Shown here piece after piece: positions 1 through 14,900 of a DNA stretch of 64,000 bases. Every line of letters begins with the position of its first letter. The stretch's first letter is position 1. The notes below the pieces were generated by a model. The model was given only the letters and a program-made list of their open reading frames with translations, had not been told where the DNA came from and made no database searches. This DNA comes from Auanema rhodensis (taxonomy: Eukaryota; Animalia; Nematoda): positions 1,178,001 to 1,242,000 of the forward strand of contig OZ059897.1 in assembly GCA_964057225.1 (NCBI GenBank), given 5' to 3'. A program made the position numbers and the translations under genes.

Positions 1-42
1 ATCAGATTTGCGCTAGCTTAAAAATGCACCGAGATATCAACT

Positions 43-64
43 GATATAAGTTCACACTTATATC
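43..64. other. Perfect 9-bp inverted repeat in each Sat-A monomer (first instance given)
   Basis: GATATAAGT-tcac-ACTTATATC; almost invariant across monomers. Confidence 0.9.
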
Positions 65-214
65 CTCGATTTTCACCCTGAAGAATTAATTTTTTCGTTG
101 AATAACATTGTCCATCGTCTTCGCCTTGAAAAAAGAAATCTAAAAACATCTAATTTTCGTAAAATTATCTTGAAATTTTTCAGGAAAATTTTTGTCAAAA
201 TGTTTTTGAAAGCA

Positions 215-242
215 ATGTTGAGTGTACATGGAAACTCAACAT
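215..242. other. Second perfect 9-bp inverted repeat in each Sat-A monomer (first instance given)
   Basis: ATGTTGAGT-gtacatggaa-ACTCAACAT, enclosed by an outer AAAATGTT (197-204) / AACATTTT (253-260) pair. Confidence 0.9.
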
Positions 243-1755
243 ACACTAATGCAACATTTTTCAAACGATCATAACTAATTTTTGTATTGAGCGTTTCTTA
301 TTGTATTATAGTGCATTCGATGCGGATTTTTAAGCTGCTTCGATCTGTGTTATCAGATTTGCGCTAGCTTAAAAATGCACCGAGATATCAACTGATATAA
401 GTTCACACTTATATCCTCGATTTTCACCCTGAAGAATTAATTTTTTCGTTGAATAACATTGTCCATCGTCTTCGCCTTGAAAAAAGAAATCTAAAAACAT
501 CTACTTTTCGTAAAATTATCTTGAAATTTTTCAGGAAAATTTTTGTCAAAATGTTTTTGGAAGCAATGTTGAGTGTACATGGAAACTCAACATACACTAA
601 TGCAACATTTTTCAAACGATCATAACTAATTTTTGTATTGAGCGTTTCTTAATGTATTATAGTGCATTCGATGCGGATTTTTAAGCTGCTTCGATCTGTG
701 TTATCAGATTTGCGCTAGCTTAAAAATGCACCGAGATATCAACTGATATAAGTTCACACTTATATCCTCGATTTTCACCCTGAAGAATTAATTTTTTCGT
801 TGATTAACATTGTCCATCGTCTTTGCCTTGAAAAAAGGAATCTAAAAACATCTACTTTTTGTAAAATTATCTTGAAATTTTTTGGCAAAATTTTTGTCAA
901 AATGTTTTTGGAAGCAATGTTGAGTGTACATGGAAACTCAACATACACTAATGCAACATTTTTCAAACGATCATAACTAATTTTTGTATTGAGCGTTTCT
1001 TAATGTATTATAGTGCATTCGATGCGGATTTTTAAGCTGCTTCGATCTGTGTTATCAGATTTGCGCTAGCTTAAAAATGCACCGAGATATCAACTGATAT
1101 AAGTTCACACTTATATCCTCGATTTTCACCCTGAAGAATTAATTTTTTCGTTGAATAACATTGTCCATCGTCTTCGCCTTGAAAAAAGAAATCTAAAAAC
1201 ATCTACTTTTCGTAAAATTATCTTGAAATTTTTCAGGAAAATTTTTGTCAAAATGTTTTTGGAAGCAATGTTGAGTGTACATGGAAACTCAACATACACT
1301 AATGCAACATTTTTCAAACGATCATAACTAATTTTTGTATTGAGCGTTTCTTAATGTATTATAGTGCATTCGATGCGGATTTTTAAGCTGCTTCGATCTG
1401 TGTTATCAGATTTGCGCTAGCTTAAAAATGCACCGAGATATCAACTGATATAAGTTCACACTTATATCCTCGATTTTCACCCTGAAGAATTAATTTTTTC
1501 GTTGATTAACATTGTCCATCGTCTTTGCCTTGAAAAAAGGAATCTAAAAACATCTACTTTTTGTAAAATTATCTTGAAATTTTTTGGCAAAATTTTTGTC
1601 AAAATGTTTTTGGAAGCAATGTTGACTGTATATGGAAACTCAACATACACTAATGCAACATTTTTCAAACGATCATAACTAATTTTTGTATTGAGCGTTT
1701 CTTAATGTATTATAGTGCATTCGATGCGGATTTTTAAGCTGCTTCGATCTGTGTT

Positions 1756-4700
1756 ATCAGATTTGCGCTAGCTTAAAAATGCACCGAGATATCAACTGAT
1801 ATAAGTTCACACTTATATCCTCGATTTTCACCCTGAAGAATTAATTTTTTCGTTGATTAACATTGTCCATCGTCTTTGCCTTGAAAAAAGGAATCTAAAA
1901 ACATCTACTTTTTGTGAAATTATTTTGAAATTTTTTGGCAAAATTTTTGTCAAAATGTTTTTGAAAGCAATGTTGAGTGTACATGGAAACTCAACATACA
2001 CTAATGCAACATTTTTCAAACGATCATAACTAATTTTTGTATTGAGCGTTTCTTAATGTATTATAGTGCATTCGATGCGGATTTTTAAGCTGCTTCGATC
2101 TGTGTTATCAGATTTGCGCTAGCTTAAAAATGCACCGAGATATCAACTGATATAAGTTCACACTTATATCCTCGATTTTCACCCTGAAGAATTAATTTTT
2201 TCGTTGATTAACATTGTCCATCGTCTTTGCCTTGAAAAAAGGAATCTAAAAACATCTACTTTTTGTGAAATTATTTTGAAATTTTTTGGCAAAATTTTTG
2301 TCAAAATGTTTTTGGAAGCAATGTTGAGTGTACATGGAAACTCAACATACACTAATGCAACATTTTTCAAACAATCATAAATAATTTTTGTATTGAGCGT
2401 TTCTTAATGTATTATAGTGCATTCGATGCGGATTTTTAAGCTGCTTCGATCTGTGTTATCAGATTTGCGCTAGCTTAAAAATGCACCAAGATATCAACTG
2501 ATATAAGTTCACACTTATATCCTCGATTTTCACCCTGAAGAATTAATTTTTTCGTTGATTAACATTGTCCATCGTCTTTGCCTTGTAAAAAGGAATCTAA
2601 AAACATCTACTTTTTGTGAAATTATTTTGAATTTTTTTGGCAAAATTTTTGTCAAAATGTTTTTGAAAGCAATGTTGAGTGTACATGGAAACTCAACATA
2701 CACTAATGCAACATTTTTCAAACGATCATAACTAATTTTTGTATTGAGCGTTTCTTAATGTATTATAGTGCATTCGATGCGGATTTTTAAGCTGCTTCGA
2801 TCTGTGTTATCAGATTTGCGCTAGCTTAAAAATGCACCGAGATATCAACTGATATAAGTTCACACTTATATCCTCGATTTTCACCCTGAAGAATTAATTT
2901 TTTCGTTGATTAACATTGTCCATCGTCTTTGCCTTGAAAAAAGGAATCTAAAAACATCTACTTTTTGTGAAATTATTTTGAAATTTTTTGGCAAAATTTT
3001 TGTCAAAATGTTTTTGAAAGCAATGTTGAGTGTACATGGAAACTCAACATACACTAATGCAACATTTTTCAAACGATCATAACTAATTTTTGTATTGAGC
3101 GTTTCTTAATGTATTATAGTGCATTCGATGCGGATTTTTAAGCTGCTTCGATCTGTGTTATCAGATTTGCGCTAGCTTAAAAATGCACCGAGATATCAAC
3201 TGATATAAGTTCACACTTATATCCTCGATTTTCACCCTGAAGAATTAATTTTTTCGTTGATTAACATTGTCCATCGTCTTTGCCTTGAAAAAAGGAATCT
3301 AAAAACATCTACTTTTTGTGAAATTATTTTGAAATTTTTTGGCAAAATTTTTGTCAAAATGTTTTTGGAAGCAATGTTGAGTGTACATGGAAACTCAACA
3401 TACACTAATGCAACATTTTTCAAACAATCATAAATAATTTTTGTATTGAGCGTTTCTTAATGTATTATAGTGCATTCGATACGGATTTTTAAGCTGCTTC
3501 GATCTGTGTTATCAGATTTGCGCTAGCTTAAAAATGCACCAAGATATCAACTGATATAAGTTCACACTTATATCCTCGATTTTCACCCTGAAGAATTAAT
3601 TTTTTCGTTGATTAACATTGTCCATCGTCTTTGCCTTGAAAAAAGGAATCTAAAAACATCTACTTTTTGTGAAATTATTTTGAAATTTTCTGGCAAAATT
3701 TTTGTCAAAATGTTTTTGAAAGCAATGTTGAGTGTACATGGAAACTCAACATACACTAATGCAACATTTTTCAAACGATCATAACTAATTTTTGTATTGA
3801 GCGTTTCTTAATGTATTATAGTGCATTCGATGCGGATTTTTAAGCTGCTTCGATCTGTGTTATCAGATTTGCGCTAGCTTAAAAATGCACCGAGATATCA
3901 ACTGATATAAGTTCACACTTATATCCTCGATTTTCACCCTGAAGAATTAATTTTTTCGTTGATTAACATTGTCCATCGTCTTTGCCTTGAAAAAAGGAAT
4001 CTAAAAACATCTACTTTTTGTGAAATTATTTTGAAATTTTTTGGCAAAATTTTTGTCAAAATGTTTTTGAAAGCAATGTTGAGTGTACATGGAAACTCAA
4101 CATACACTAATGCAACATTTTTCAAACGATCATAACTAATTTTTGTATTGAGCGTTTCTTAATGTATTATAGTGCATTCGATGCGGATTTTTAAGCTGCT
4201 TCGATCTGTGTTATCAGATTTGCGCTAGCTTAAAAATGCACCGAGATATCAACTGATATAAGTTCACACTTATATCCTCGATTTTCACCCTGAAGAATTA
4301 ATTTTTTCGTTGATTAACATTGTCCATCGTCTTTGCCTTGAAAAAAGGAATCTAAAAACATCTACTTTTTGTGAAATTATTTTGAAATTTTTTGGCAAAA
4401 TTTTTGTCAAAATGTTTTTGGAAGCAATGTTGAGTGTACATGGAAACTCAACATACACTAATGCAACATTTTTCAAACAATCATAAATAATTTTTGTATT
4501 GAGCGTTTCTTAATGTATTATAGTGCATTCGATACGGATTTTTAAGCTGCTTCGATCTGTGTTATCAGATTTGCGCTAGCTTAAAAATGCACCAAGATAT
4601 CAACTGATATAAGTTCACACTTATATCCTCGATTTTCACCCTGAAGAATTAATTTTTTCGTTGATTAACATTGTCCATCGTCTTTGCCTTGTAAAAAGGA

Positions 4701-5967
4701 ATCTAAAAACATCCACTTTTTGTGAAATTATTTTGAATTTTTTTGGCAAAATTTTTGTCAAAATGTTTTTGAAAGCAATGTTGAGTGTACATGGAAACTC
4801 AACATACACTAATGCAACATTTTTCAAACGATCATAACTAATTTTTGTATTGAGCGTTTCTTAATGTATTATAGTGCATTCGATGCGGATTTTTAAGCTG
4901 CTTCGATCTGTGTTATCAGATTTGCGCTAGCTTAAAAATGCACCGAGATATCAACTGATATAAGTTCACACTTATATCCTCGATTTTCACCCTGAAGAAT
5001 TGATTTTTTCGTTGATTAACATTGTCCATCGTCTTTGCCTTGAAAAAAGGAATCTAAAAACATCTACTTTTTGTGAAATTATTTTGAAATTTTTTGGCAA
5101 AATTTTTGTCAAAATGTTTTTGAAAGCAATGTTGAGTGTACATGGAAACTCAACATACACTAATGCAACATTTTTCAAACGATCATAACTAATTTTTGTA
5201 TTGAGCGTTTCTTAATGTATTATAGTGCATTCGATGCGGATTTTTAAGCTGCTTCGATCTGTGTTATCAGATTTGCGCTAGCTTAAAAATGCACCGAGAC
5301 ATCAACTGATATAAGTTCACACTTATATCCTCGATTTTCACCCTGAAGAATTAATTTTTTCGTTGATTAACATTGTCCATCGTCTTTGCCTTGAAAAAAG
5401 GAATCTAAAAACATCTACTTTTTGTGAAATTATTTTGAAATTTTTTGGCAAAATTTTTGTCAAAATGTTTTTGGAAGCAATGTTGAGTGTACATGGAAAC
5501 TCAACATACACTAATGCAACATTTTTCAAACAATCATAAATAATTTTTGTATTGAGCGTTTCTTAATGTATTATAGTGCATTCGATACGGATTTTTAAGC
5601 TGCTTCGATCTGTGTTATCAGATTTGCGCTAGCTTAAAAATGCACCAAGATATCAACTGATATAAGTTCACACTTATATCCTCGATTTTCACCCTGAAGA
5701 ATTAATTTTTTCGTTGATTAACATTGTCCATCGTCTTTGCCTTGAAAAAAGGAATCTAAAAACATCTACTTTTTGTGAAATTATTTTGAAATTTTCTGGC
5801 AAAATTTTTGTCAAAATGTTTTTGAAAGCAATGTTGAGTGTACATGGAAACTCAACATACACTAATGCAACATTTTTCAAACGATCATAACTAATTTTTG
5901 TATTGAGCGTTTCTTAATGTATTATAGTGCATTCGATGCGGATTTTTAAGCTGCTTCGATCTGTGTT
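1756..5967. repeat. Sat-A local 6-monomer tandem duplication (2106-bp period)
   Basis: The variant order of monomers 6-11 is repeated in 12-17. The CCTTGTAAAA variant marks ORFs 2530 and 4636, and the TTTTCTGG variant marks ORFs 3583 and 5689. Confidence 0.85.
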
Positions 5968-8900
5968 ATCAGATTTGCGCTAGCTTAAAAATGCACCGAG
6001 ATATCAACTGATATAAGTTCACACTTATATCCTCGATTTTCACCCTGAAGAATTAATTTTTTCGTTGATTAACATTGTCCATCGTCTTTGCCTTGTAAAA
6101 AGGAATCTAAAAACATCTACTTTTTGTGAAATTATTTTGAAATTTTTCGAAAAAATTTTTGTCAAAATGTTTTTGAAAGCAATGTTGAGTGTACATGGAA
6201 ACTCAACATACACTAATGCAACATTTTTCAAACGATCATAACTAATTTTTGTATTGAGCGTTTCTTAATGTATTATAGTGCATTCGATGCGGATTTTAAA
6301 GCTGCGTCGATCTGTGTTATCAGATTTGCGCTAGCAAAGAAATGCACCGAGATATCAACTGATATAAGTTCACACTTATATCCTCGATTTTCACCCTGAA
6401 GAATTGATTTTTTCGTTGAATAACATTGTCCATCGTTTTTGCCTCGAAAAAAGGAATCTAAAAACATCTACTTTTCGCTAAATTATTTTGAAATTTTTCG
6501 AAAAAATTTTTGTCAAAATGTTTTTGGAAGCAATGTTGAGTGTACATGGAAACTCAACATACACTAATGCATCATTTTTCAAACGATCATAACTAATTTT
6601 TGTATTAAGCTTTTCTTAATGTATTATAGTGCATTCGATGCGGATTTTTAAGCTGCTTCGATCTGTGTTATCAGATTTGCGCTAGCTTAAAAATGCACCG
6701 AGATATCAACTGATATAAGTTCACACTTATATCCTCGATTTTCACCCTGAAGAATTAATTTTTTCGTTGAATAACATTGTCCATCGTCTTCGCCTTGAAA
6801 AAAGAAATCTAAAAACATCTACTTTTCGTAAAATTATCTTGAAATTTTTCAGGAAAATTTTTGTCAAAATGTTTTTGGAAGCAATGTTGAGTGTACATGG
6901 AAACTCAACATACACTAATGCATCATTTTTCAAACGATCATAACTAATTTTTGTATTGAGCGTTTCTTAATGTATTATAGTGCATTCGATGCGGATTTTT
7001 AAGCTGCGTCGATCTGTGTTATCAGATTTGCGCTAGCTTAGAAATGCACCGAGATATCAACTGATATAAGTTCACACTTATATCCTCGATTTTCACCCTG
7101 AAGAATTAATTTTTTCGTTGAATAACATTGTCCATCGTCTTCGCCTTGAAAAAAGGAATTTAAAAACATCTACTTTTTGTGAAATTATTTTGAAATTTTT
7201 CGGGAAAATTTTTGTCAAAATGTTTTTGGAAGCAATGTTGAGTGTACATGGAAACTCAACATACACTAATGCATCATTTTTCAAACGATCATAACTAATT
7301 TTTGTATTGAGCGTTTTTTGATGTATTATAGTGCATTCGATACGGATTTTTAAGCTGCTTCGATCTGTGTTATCAGATTTGCGCTAGCTTAAAAATGCAC
7401 CGAGATATCAACTGATATAAGTTCACACTTATATCCTCGATTTTCACCCTGAAGAATTAATTTTTTCGTTGAATAACATTGTCCATCGTCTTCGCCTTGA
7501 AAAAAGAAATCTAAAAACATCTACTTTTCGTAAAATTATCTTGAAATTTTTCAGGAAAATTTTTGTCAAAATGTTTTTGAAAGCAATGTTGAGTGTACAT
7601 GGAAACTCAACATACACTAATGCAACATTTTTCAAACGATCATAACTAATTTTTGTATTGAGCGTTTCTTATTGTATTATAGTGCATTCGATGCGGATTT
7701 GTAAGCTGCTTCGATCTGTGTTATCAGATTTGCGCTAGCTTAAAAATGCACCGAGATATCAACTGATATAAGTTCACACTTATATCCTCGATTTTCACCC
7801 TGAAGAATTAATTTTTTCGTTGAATAACATTGTCCATCGTCTTCGCCTTGAAAAAAGAAATCTAAAAACATCTACTTTTCGTAAAATTATCTTGAAATTT
7901 TTCAGGAAAATTTTTGTCAAAATGTTTTTGGAAGCAATGTTGAGTGTACATGGAAACTCAACATACACTAATGCAACATTTTTCAAACGATCATAACTAA
8001 TTTTTGTATTGAGCGTTTCTTAATGTATTATAGTGCATTCGATGCGGATTTTCAAGCTGCTTCGATCTGTGTTATCAGATTTGCGCTAGCTTAAAAATGC
8101 ACCGAGATATCAACTGATATAAGTTCACACTTATATCCTCGATTTTCACCCTGAAGAATTAATTTTTTCGTTGATTAACATTGTCCATCGTCTTTGCCTT
8201 GAAAAAAGGAATCTAAAAACATCTACTTTTTGTAAAATTATCTTGAAATTTTTTGGCAAAATTTTTGTCAAAATGTTTTTGGAAGCAATGTTGAGTGTAC
8301 ATGGAAACTCAACATACACTAATGCAACATTTTTCAAACGATCATAACTAATTTTTGTATTGAGCGTTTCTTAATGTATTATAGTGCATTCGATGCGGAT
8401 TTTTAAGCTGCTTCGATCTGTGTTATCAGATTTGCGCTAGCTTAAAAATGCACCGAGATATCAACTGATATAAGTTCACACTTATATCCTCGATTTTCAC
8501 CCTGAAGAATTAATTTTTTCGTTGATTAACATTGTCCATCGTCTTTGCCTTGAAAAAAGGAATCTAAAAACATCTACTTTTTGTGAAATTATTTTGAAAT
8601 TTTTTGGCAAAATTTTTGTCAAAATGTTTTTGGAAGCAATGTTGAGTGTACATGGAAACTCAACATACACTAATGCAACATTTTTCAAACAATCATAAAT
8701 AATTTTTGTATTGAGCGTTTCTTAATGTATTATAGTGCATTCGATACGGATTTTTAAGCTGCTTCGATCTGTGTTATCAGATTTGCGCTAGCTTAAAAAT
8801 GCACCAAGATATCAACTGATATAAGTTCACACTTATATCCTCGATTTTCACCCTGAAGAATTAATTTTTTCGTTGATTAACATTGTCCATCGTCTTTGCC

Positions 8901-11900
8901 TTGAAAAAAGGAATCTAAAAACATCTACTTTTTGTGAAATTATTTTGAAATTTTTTGGCAAAATTTTTGTCAAAATGTTTTTGAAAGCAATGTTGAGTGT
9001 ACATGGAAACTCAACATACACTAATGCAACATTTTTCAAACGATCATAACTAATTTTTGTATTGAGCGTTTCTTAATGTATTATAGTGCATTCGATGCGG
9101 ATTTTTAAGCTGCTTCGATCTGTGTTATCAGATTTGCGCTAGCTTAAAAATGCACCGAGATATCAACTGATATAAGTTCACACTTATATCCTCGATTTTC
9201 ACCCTGAAGAATTAATTTTTTCGTTGATTAACATTGTCCATCGTCTTTGCCTTGAAAAAAGGAATCTAAAAACATCTACTTTTTGTGAAATTATTTTGAA
9301 ATTTTTTGGCAAAATTTTTGTCAAAATGTTTTTGGAAGCAATGTTGAGTGTACATGGAAACTCAACATACACTAATGCAACATTTTTCAAACAATCATAA
9401 ATAATTTTTGTATTGAGCGTTTCTTAATGTATTATAGTGCATTCGATACGGATTTTTAAGCTGCTTCGATCTGTGTTATCAGATTTGCGCTAGCTTAAAA
9501 ATGCACCAAGATATCAACTGATATAAGTTCACACTTATATCCTCGATTTTCACCCTGAAGAATTAATTTTTTCGTTGATTAACATTGTCCATCGTCTTTG
9601 CCTTGAAAAAAGGAATCTAAAAACATCTACTTTTTGTGAAATTATTTTGAAATTTTCTGGCAAAATTTTTGTCAAAATGTTTTTGAAAGCAATGTTGAGT
9701 GTACATGGAAACTCAACATACACTAATGCAACATTTTTCAAACGATCATAACTAATTTTTGTATTGAGCGTTTCTTAATGTATTATAGTGCATTCGATGC
9801 GGATTTTTAAGCTGCTTCGATCTGTGTTATCAGATTTGCGCTAGCTTAAAAATGCACCGAGATATCAACTGATATAAGTTCACACTTATATCCTCGATTT
9901 TCACCCTGAAGAATTAATTTTTTCGTTGATTAACATTGTCCATCGTCTTTGCCTTGTAAAAAGGAATCTAAAAACATCTACTTTTTGTGAAATTATTTTG
10001 AAATTTTTCGAAAAAATTTTTGTCAAAATGTTTTTGAAAGCAATGTTGAGTGTACATGGAAACTCAACATACACTAATGCAACATTTTTCAAACGATCAT
10101 AACTAATTTTTGTATTGAGCGTTTCTTAATGTATTATAGTGCATTCGATGCGGATTTTAAAGCTGCGTCGATCTGTGTTATCAGATTTGCGCTAGCAAAG
10201 AAATGCACCGAGATATCAACTGATATAAGTTCACACTTATATCCTCGATTTTCACCCTGAAGAATTGATTTTTTCGTTGAATAACATTGTCCATCGTTTT
10301 TGCCTCGAAAAAAGGAATCTAAAAACATCTACTTTTCGCTAAATTATTTTGAAATTTTTCGAAAAAATTTTTGTCAAAATGTTTTTGGAAGCAATGTTGA
10401 GTGTACATGGAAACTCAACATACACTAATGCATCATTTTTCAAACGATCATAACTAATTTTTGTATTAAGCTTTTCTTAATGTATTATAGTGCATTCGAT
10501 GCGGATTTTTAAGCTGCTTCGATCTGTGTTATCAGATTTGCGCTAGCTTAAAAATGCACCGAGATATCAACTGATATAAGTTCACACTTATATCCTCGAT
10601 TTTCACCCTGAAGAATTAATTTTTTCGTTGAATAACATTGTCCATCGTCTTCGCCTTGAAAAAAGAAATCTAAAAACATCTACTTTTCGTAAAATTATCT
10701 TGAAATTTTTCAGGAAAATTTTTGTCAAAATGTTTTTGGAAGCAATGTTGAGTGTACATGGAAACTCAACATACACTAATGCAACATTTTTCAAACGATC
10801 ATAACTAATTTTTGTATTGAGCGTTTCTTAATGTATTATAGTGCATTCGATGCGGATTTTTAAGCTGCGTCGATCTGTGTTATCAGATTTGCGCTAGCTT
10901 AGAAATGCACCGAGATATCAACTGATATAAGTTCACACTTATATCCTCGATTTTCACCCTGAAGAATTAATTTTTTCGTTGAATAACATTGTCCATCGTC
11001 TTCGCCTTGAAAAAAGGAATTTAAAAACATCTACTTTTTGTGAAATTATTTTGAAATTTTTCGGGAAAATTTTTGTCAAAATGTTTTTGGAAGCAATGTT
11101 GAGTGTACATGGAAACTCAACATACACTAATGCATCATTTTTCAAACGATCATAACTAATTTTTGTATTGAGCGTTTTTTGATGTATTATAGTGCATTCC
11201 ATACGGATTTTTAAGCTGCTTCGATCTGTGTTATCAGATTTGCGCTAGCAAAGAAATGCACCGAGATATCAACTGATATAAGTTCACACTTATATCCTCG
11301 ATTTTCACCCTGAAGAATTAATTTTTTCGTTGAATAACATTGTCCATCGTCTTCGCCTTGAAAAAAGGAATTTAAAAACATCTACTTTTCGTGAAATTAT
11401 TTTGAAATTTTTCGGGAAAATTTTTGTCAAAATGTTTTTGGAAGCAATGTTGAGTGTACATGGAAACTCAACATACACTAATGCAACATTTTTCAAACGA
11501 TCATAACTAATTTTTGTATTGAGCGTTTCTTAATGTATTATAGTGCATTCGATGCGGATTTTTAAGCTGCTTCGATCTGTGTTATCAGATTTGCGCTAGC
11601 TTAAAAATGCACCGAGATATCAACTGATATAAGTTCACACTTATATCCTCGATTTTCACCCTGAAGAATTAATTTTTTCGTTGATTAACATTGTCCATCG
11701 TCTTTGCCTTGAAAAAAGGAATCTAAAAACATCTACTTTTTGTGAAATTATTTTGAAATTTTTTGGCAAAATTTTTGTCAAAATGTTTTTGAAAGCAATG
11801 TTGAGTGTACATGGAAACTCAACATACACTAATGCAACATTTTTCAAACGATCATAACTAATTTTTGTATTGAGCGTTTCTTAATGTATTATAGTGCATT

Positions 11901-14900
11901 CGATGCGGATTTTTAAGCTGCTTCGATCTGTGTTATCAGATTTGCGCTAGCTTAAAAATGCACCGAGATATCAACTGATATAAGTTCACACTTATATCCT
12001 CGATTTTCACCCTGAAGAATTAATTTTTTCGTTGATTAACATTGTCCATCGTCTTTGCCTTGAAAAAAGGAATCTAAAAACATCTACTTTTTGTGAAATT
12101 ATTTTGAAATTTTTTGGCAAAATTTTTGTCAAAATGTTTTTGGAAGCAATGTTGAGTGTACATGGAAACTCAACATACACTAATGCATCATTTTTCAAAC
12201 AATCATAAATAATTTTTGTATTGAGCGTTTCTTAATGTATTATAGTGCATTCGATACGGATTTTTAAGCTGCTTCGATCTGTGTTATCAGATTTGCGCTA
12301 GCAAAGAAATGCACCGAGATATCAACTGATATAAGTTCACACTTATATCCTCGATTTTCACCCTGAAGAATTAATTTTTTCGTTGAATAACATTGTCCAT
12401 CGTCTTCGCCTTGAAAAAAGGAATTTAAAAACATCTACTTTTCGTGAAATTATTTTGAAATTTTTCGGGAAAATTTTTGTCAAAATGTTTTTGGAAGCAA
12501 TGTTGAGTGTACATGGAAACTCAACATACACTAATGCAACATTTTTCAAACGATCATAACTAATTTTTGTATTGAGCGTTTCTTAATGTATTATAGTGCA
12601 TTCGATGCGGATTTTTAAGCTGCTTCGATCTGTGTTATCAGATTTGCGCTAGCTTAAAAATGCACCGAGATATCAACTGATATAAGTTCACACTTATATC
12701 CTCGATTTTCACCCTGAAGAATTAATTTTTTCGTTGATTAACATTGTCCATCGTCTTTGCCTTGAAAAAAGGAATCTAAAAACATCTACTTTTTGTGAAA
12801 TTATTTTGAAATTTTTTGGCAAAATTTTTGTCAAAATGTTTTTGAAAGCAATGTTGAGTGTACATGGAAACTCAACATACACTAATGCAACATTTTTCAA
12901 ACGATCATAACTAATTTTTGTATTGAGCGTTTCTTAATGTATTATAGTGCATTCGATGCGGATTTTTAAGCTGCTTCGATCTGTGTTATCAGATTTGCGC
13001 TAGCTTAAAAATGCACCGAGATATCAACTGATATAAGTTCACACTTATATCCTCGATTTTCACCCTGAAGAATTAATTTTTTCGTTGATTAACATTGTCC
13101 ATCGTCTTTGCCTTGAAAAAAGGAATCTAAAAACATCTACTTTTTGTGAAATTATTTTGAAATTTTTTGGCAAAATTTTTGTCAAAATGTTTTTGGAAGC
13201 AATGTTGAGTGTACATGGAAACTCAACACACACTAATGCAACATTTTTCAAACAATCATAAATAATTTTTGTATTGAGCGTTTCTTAATGTATTATAGTG
13301 CATTCGATACGGATTTTTAAGCTGCTTCGATCTGTGTTATCAGATTTGCGCTAGCTTAAAAATGCACCAAGATATCAACTGATATAAGTTCACACTTATA
13401 TCCTCGATTTTCACCCTGAAGAATTAATTTTTTCGTTGATTAACATTGTCCATCGTCTTTGCCTTGAAAAAAGGAATCTAAAAACATCTACTTTTTGTGA
13501 AATTATTTTGAAATTTTTTGGCAAAATTTTTGTCAAAATGTTTTTGAAAGCAATGTTGAGTGTACATGGAAACTCAACATACACTAATGCAACATTTTTC
13601 AAACGATCATAACTAATTTTTGTATTGAGCGTTTCTTAATGTATTATAGTGCATTCGATGCGGATTTTTAAGCTGCTTCGATCTGTGTTATCAGATTTGC
13701 GCTAGCTTAAAAATGCACCGAGATATCAACTGATATAAGTTCACACTTATATCCTCGATTTTCACCCTGAAGAATTAATTTTTTCGTTGATTAACATTGT
13801 CCATCGTCTTTGCCTTGAAAAAAGGAATCTAAAAACATCTACTTTTTGTGAAATTATTTTGAAATTTTTTGGCAAAATTTTTGTCAAAATGTTTTTGGAA
13901 GCAATGTTGAGTGTACATGGAAACTCAACATACACTAATGCAACATTTTTCAAACAATCATAAATAATTTTTGTATTGAGCGTTTCTTAATGTATTATAG
14001 TGCATTCGATACGGATTTTTAAGCTGCTTCGATCTGTGTTATCAGATTTGCGCTAGCAAAGAAATGCACCGAGATATCAACTGATATAAGTTCACACTTA
14101 TATCCTCGATTTTCACCCTGAAGAATTGATTTTTTCGTTGAATAACATTGTCCATCGTTTTTGCCTCGAAAAAAGGAATCTAAAAACATCTACTTTTCGC
14201 TAAATTATTTTGAAATTTTTCGAAAAAATTTTTGTCAAAATGTTTTTGGAAGCAATGTTGAGTGTACATGGAAACTCAACATACACTAATGCATCATTTT
14301 TCAAACGATCATAACTAATTTTTGTATTAAGCTTTTCTTAATGTATTATAGTGCATTCGATGCGGATTTTTAAGCTGCTTCGATCTGTGTTATCAGATTT
14401 GCGCTAGCTTAAAAATGCACCGAGATATCAACTGATATAAGTTCACACTTATATCCTCGATTTTCACCCTGAAGAATTAATTTTTTCGTTGAATAACATT
14501 GTCCATCGTCTTCGCCTTGAAAAAAGAAATCTAAAAACATCTACTTTTCGTAAAATTATCTTGAAATTTTTCAGGAAAATTTTTGTCAAAATGTTTTTGG
14601 AAGCAATGTTGAGTGTACATGGAAACTCAACATACACTAATGCAACATTTTTCAAACGATCATAACTAATTTTTGTATTGAGCGTTTCTTAATGTATTAT
14701 AGTGCATTCGATGCGGATTTTTAAGCTGCGTCGATCTGTGTTATCAGATTTGCGCTAGCTTAGAAATGCACCGAGATATCAACTGATATAAGTTCACACT
14801 TATATCCTCGATTTTCACCCTGAAGAATTAATTTTTTCGTTGAATAACATTGTCCATCGTCTTCGCCTTGAAAAAAGGAATTTAAAAACATCTACTTTTT

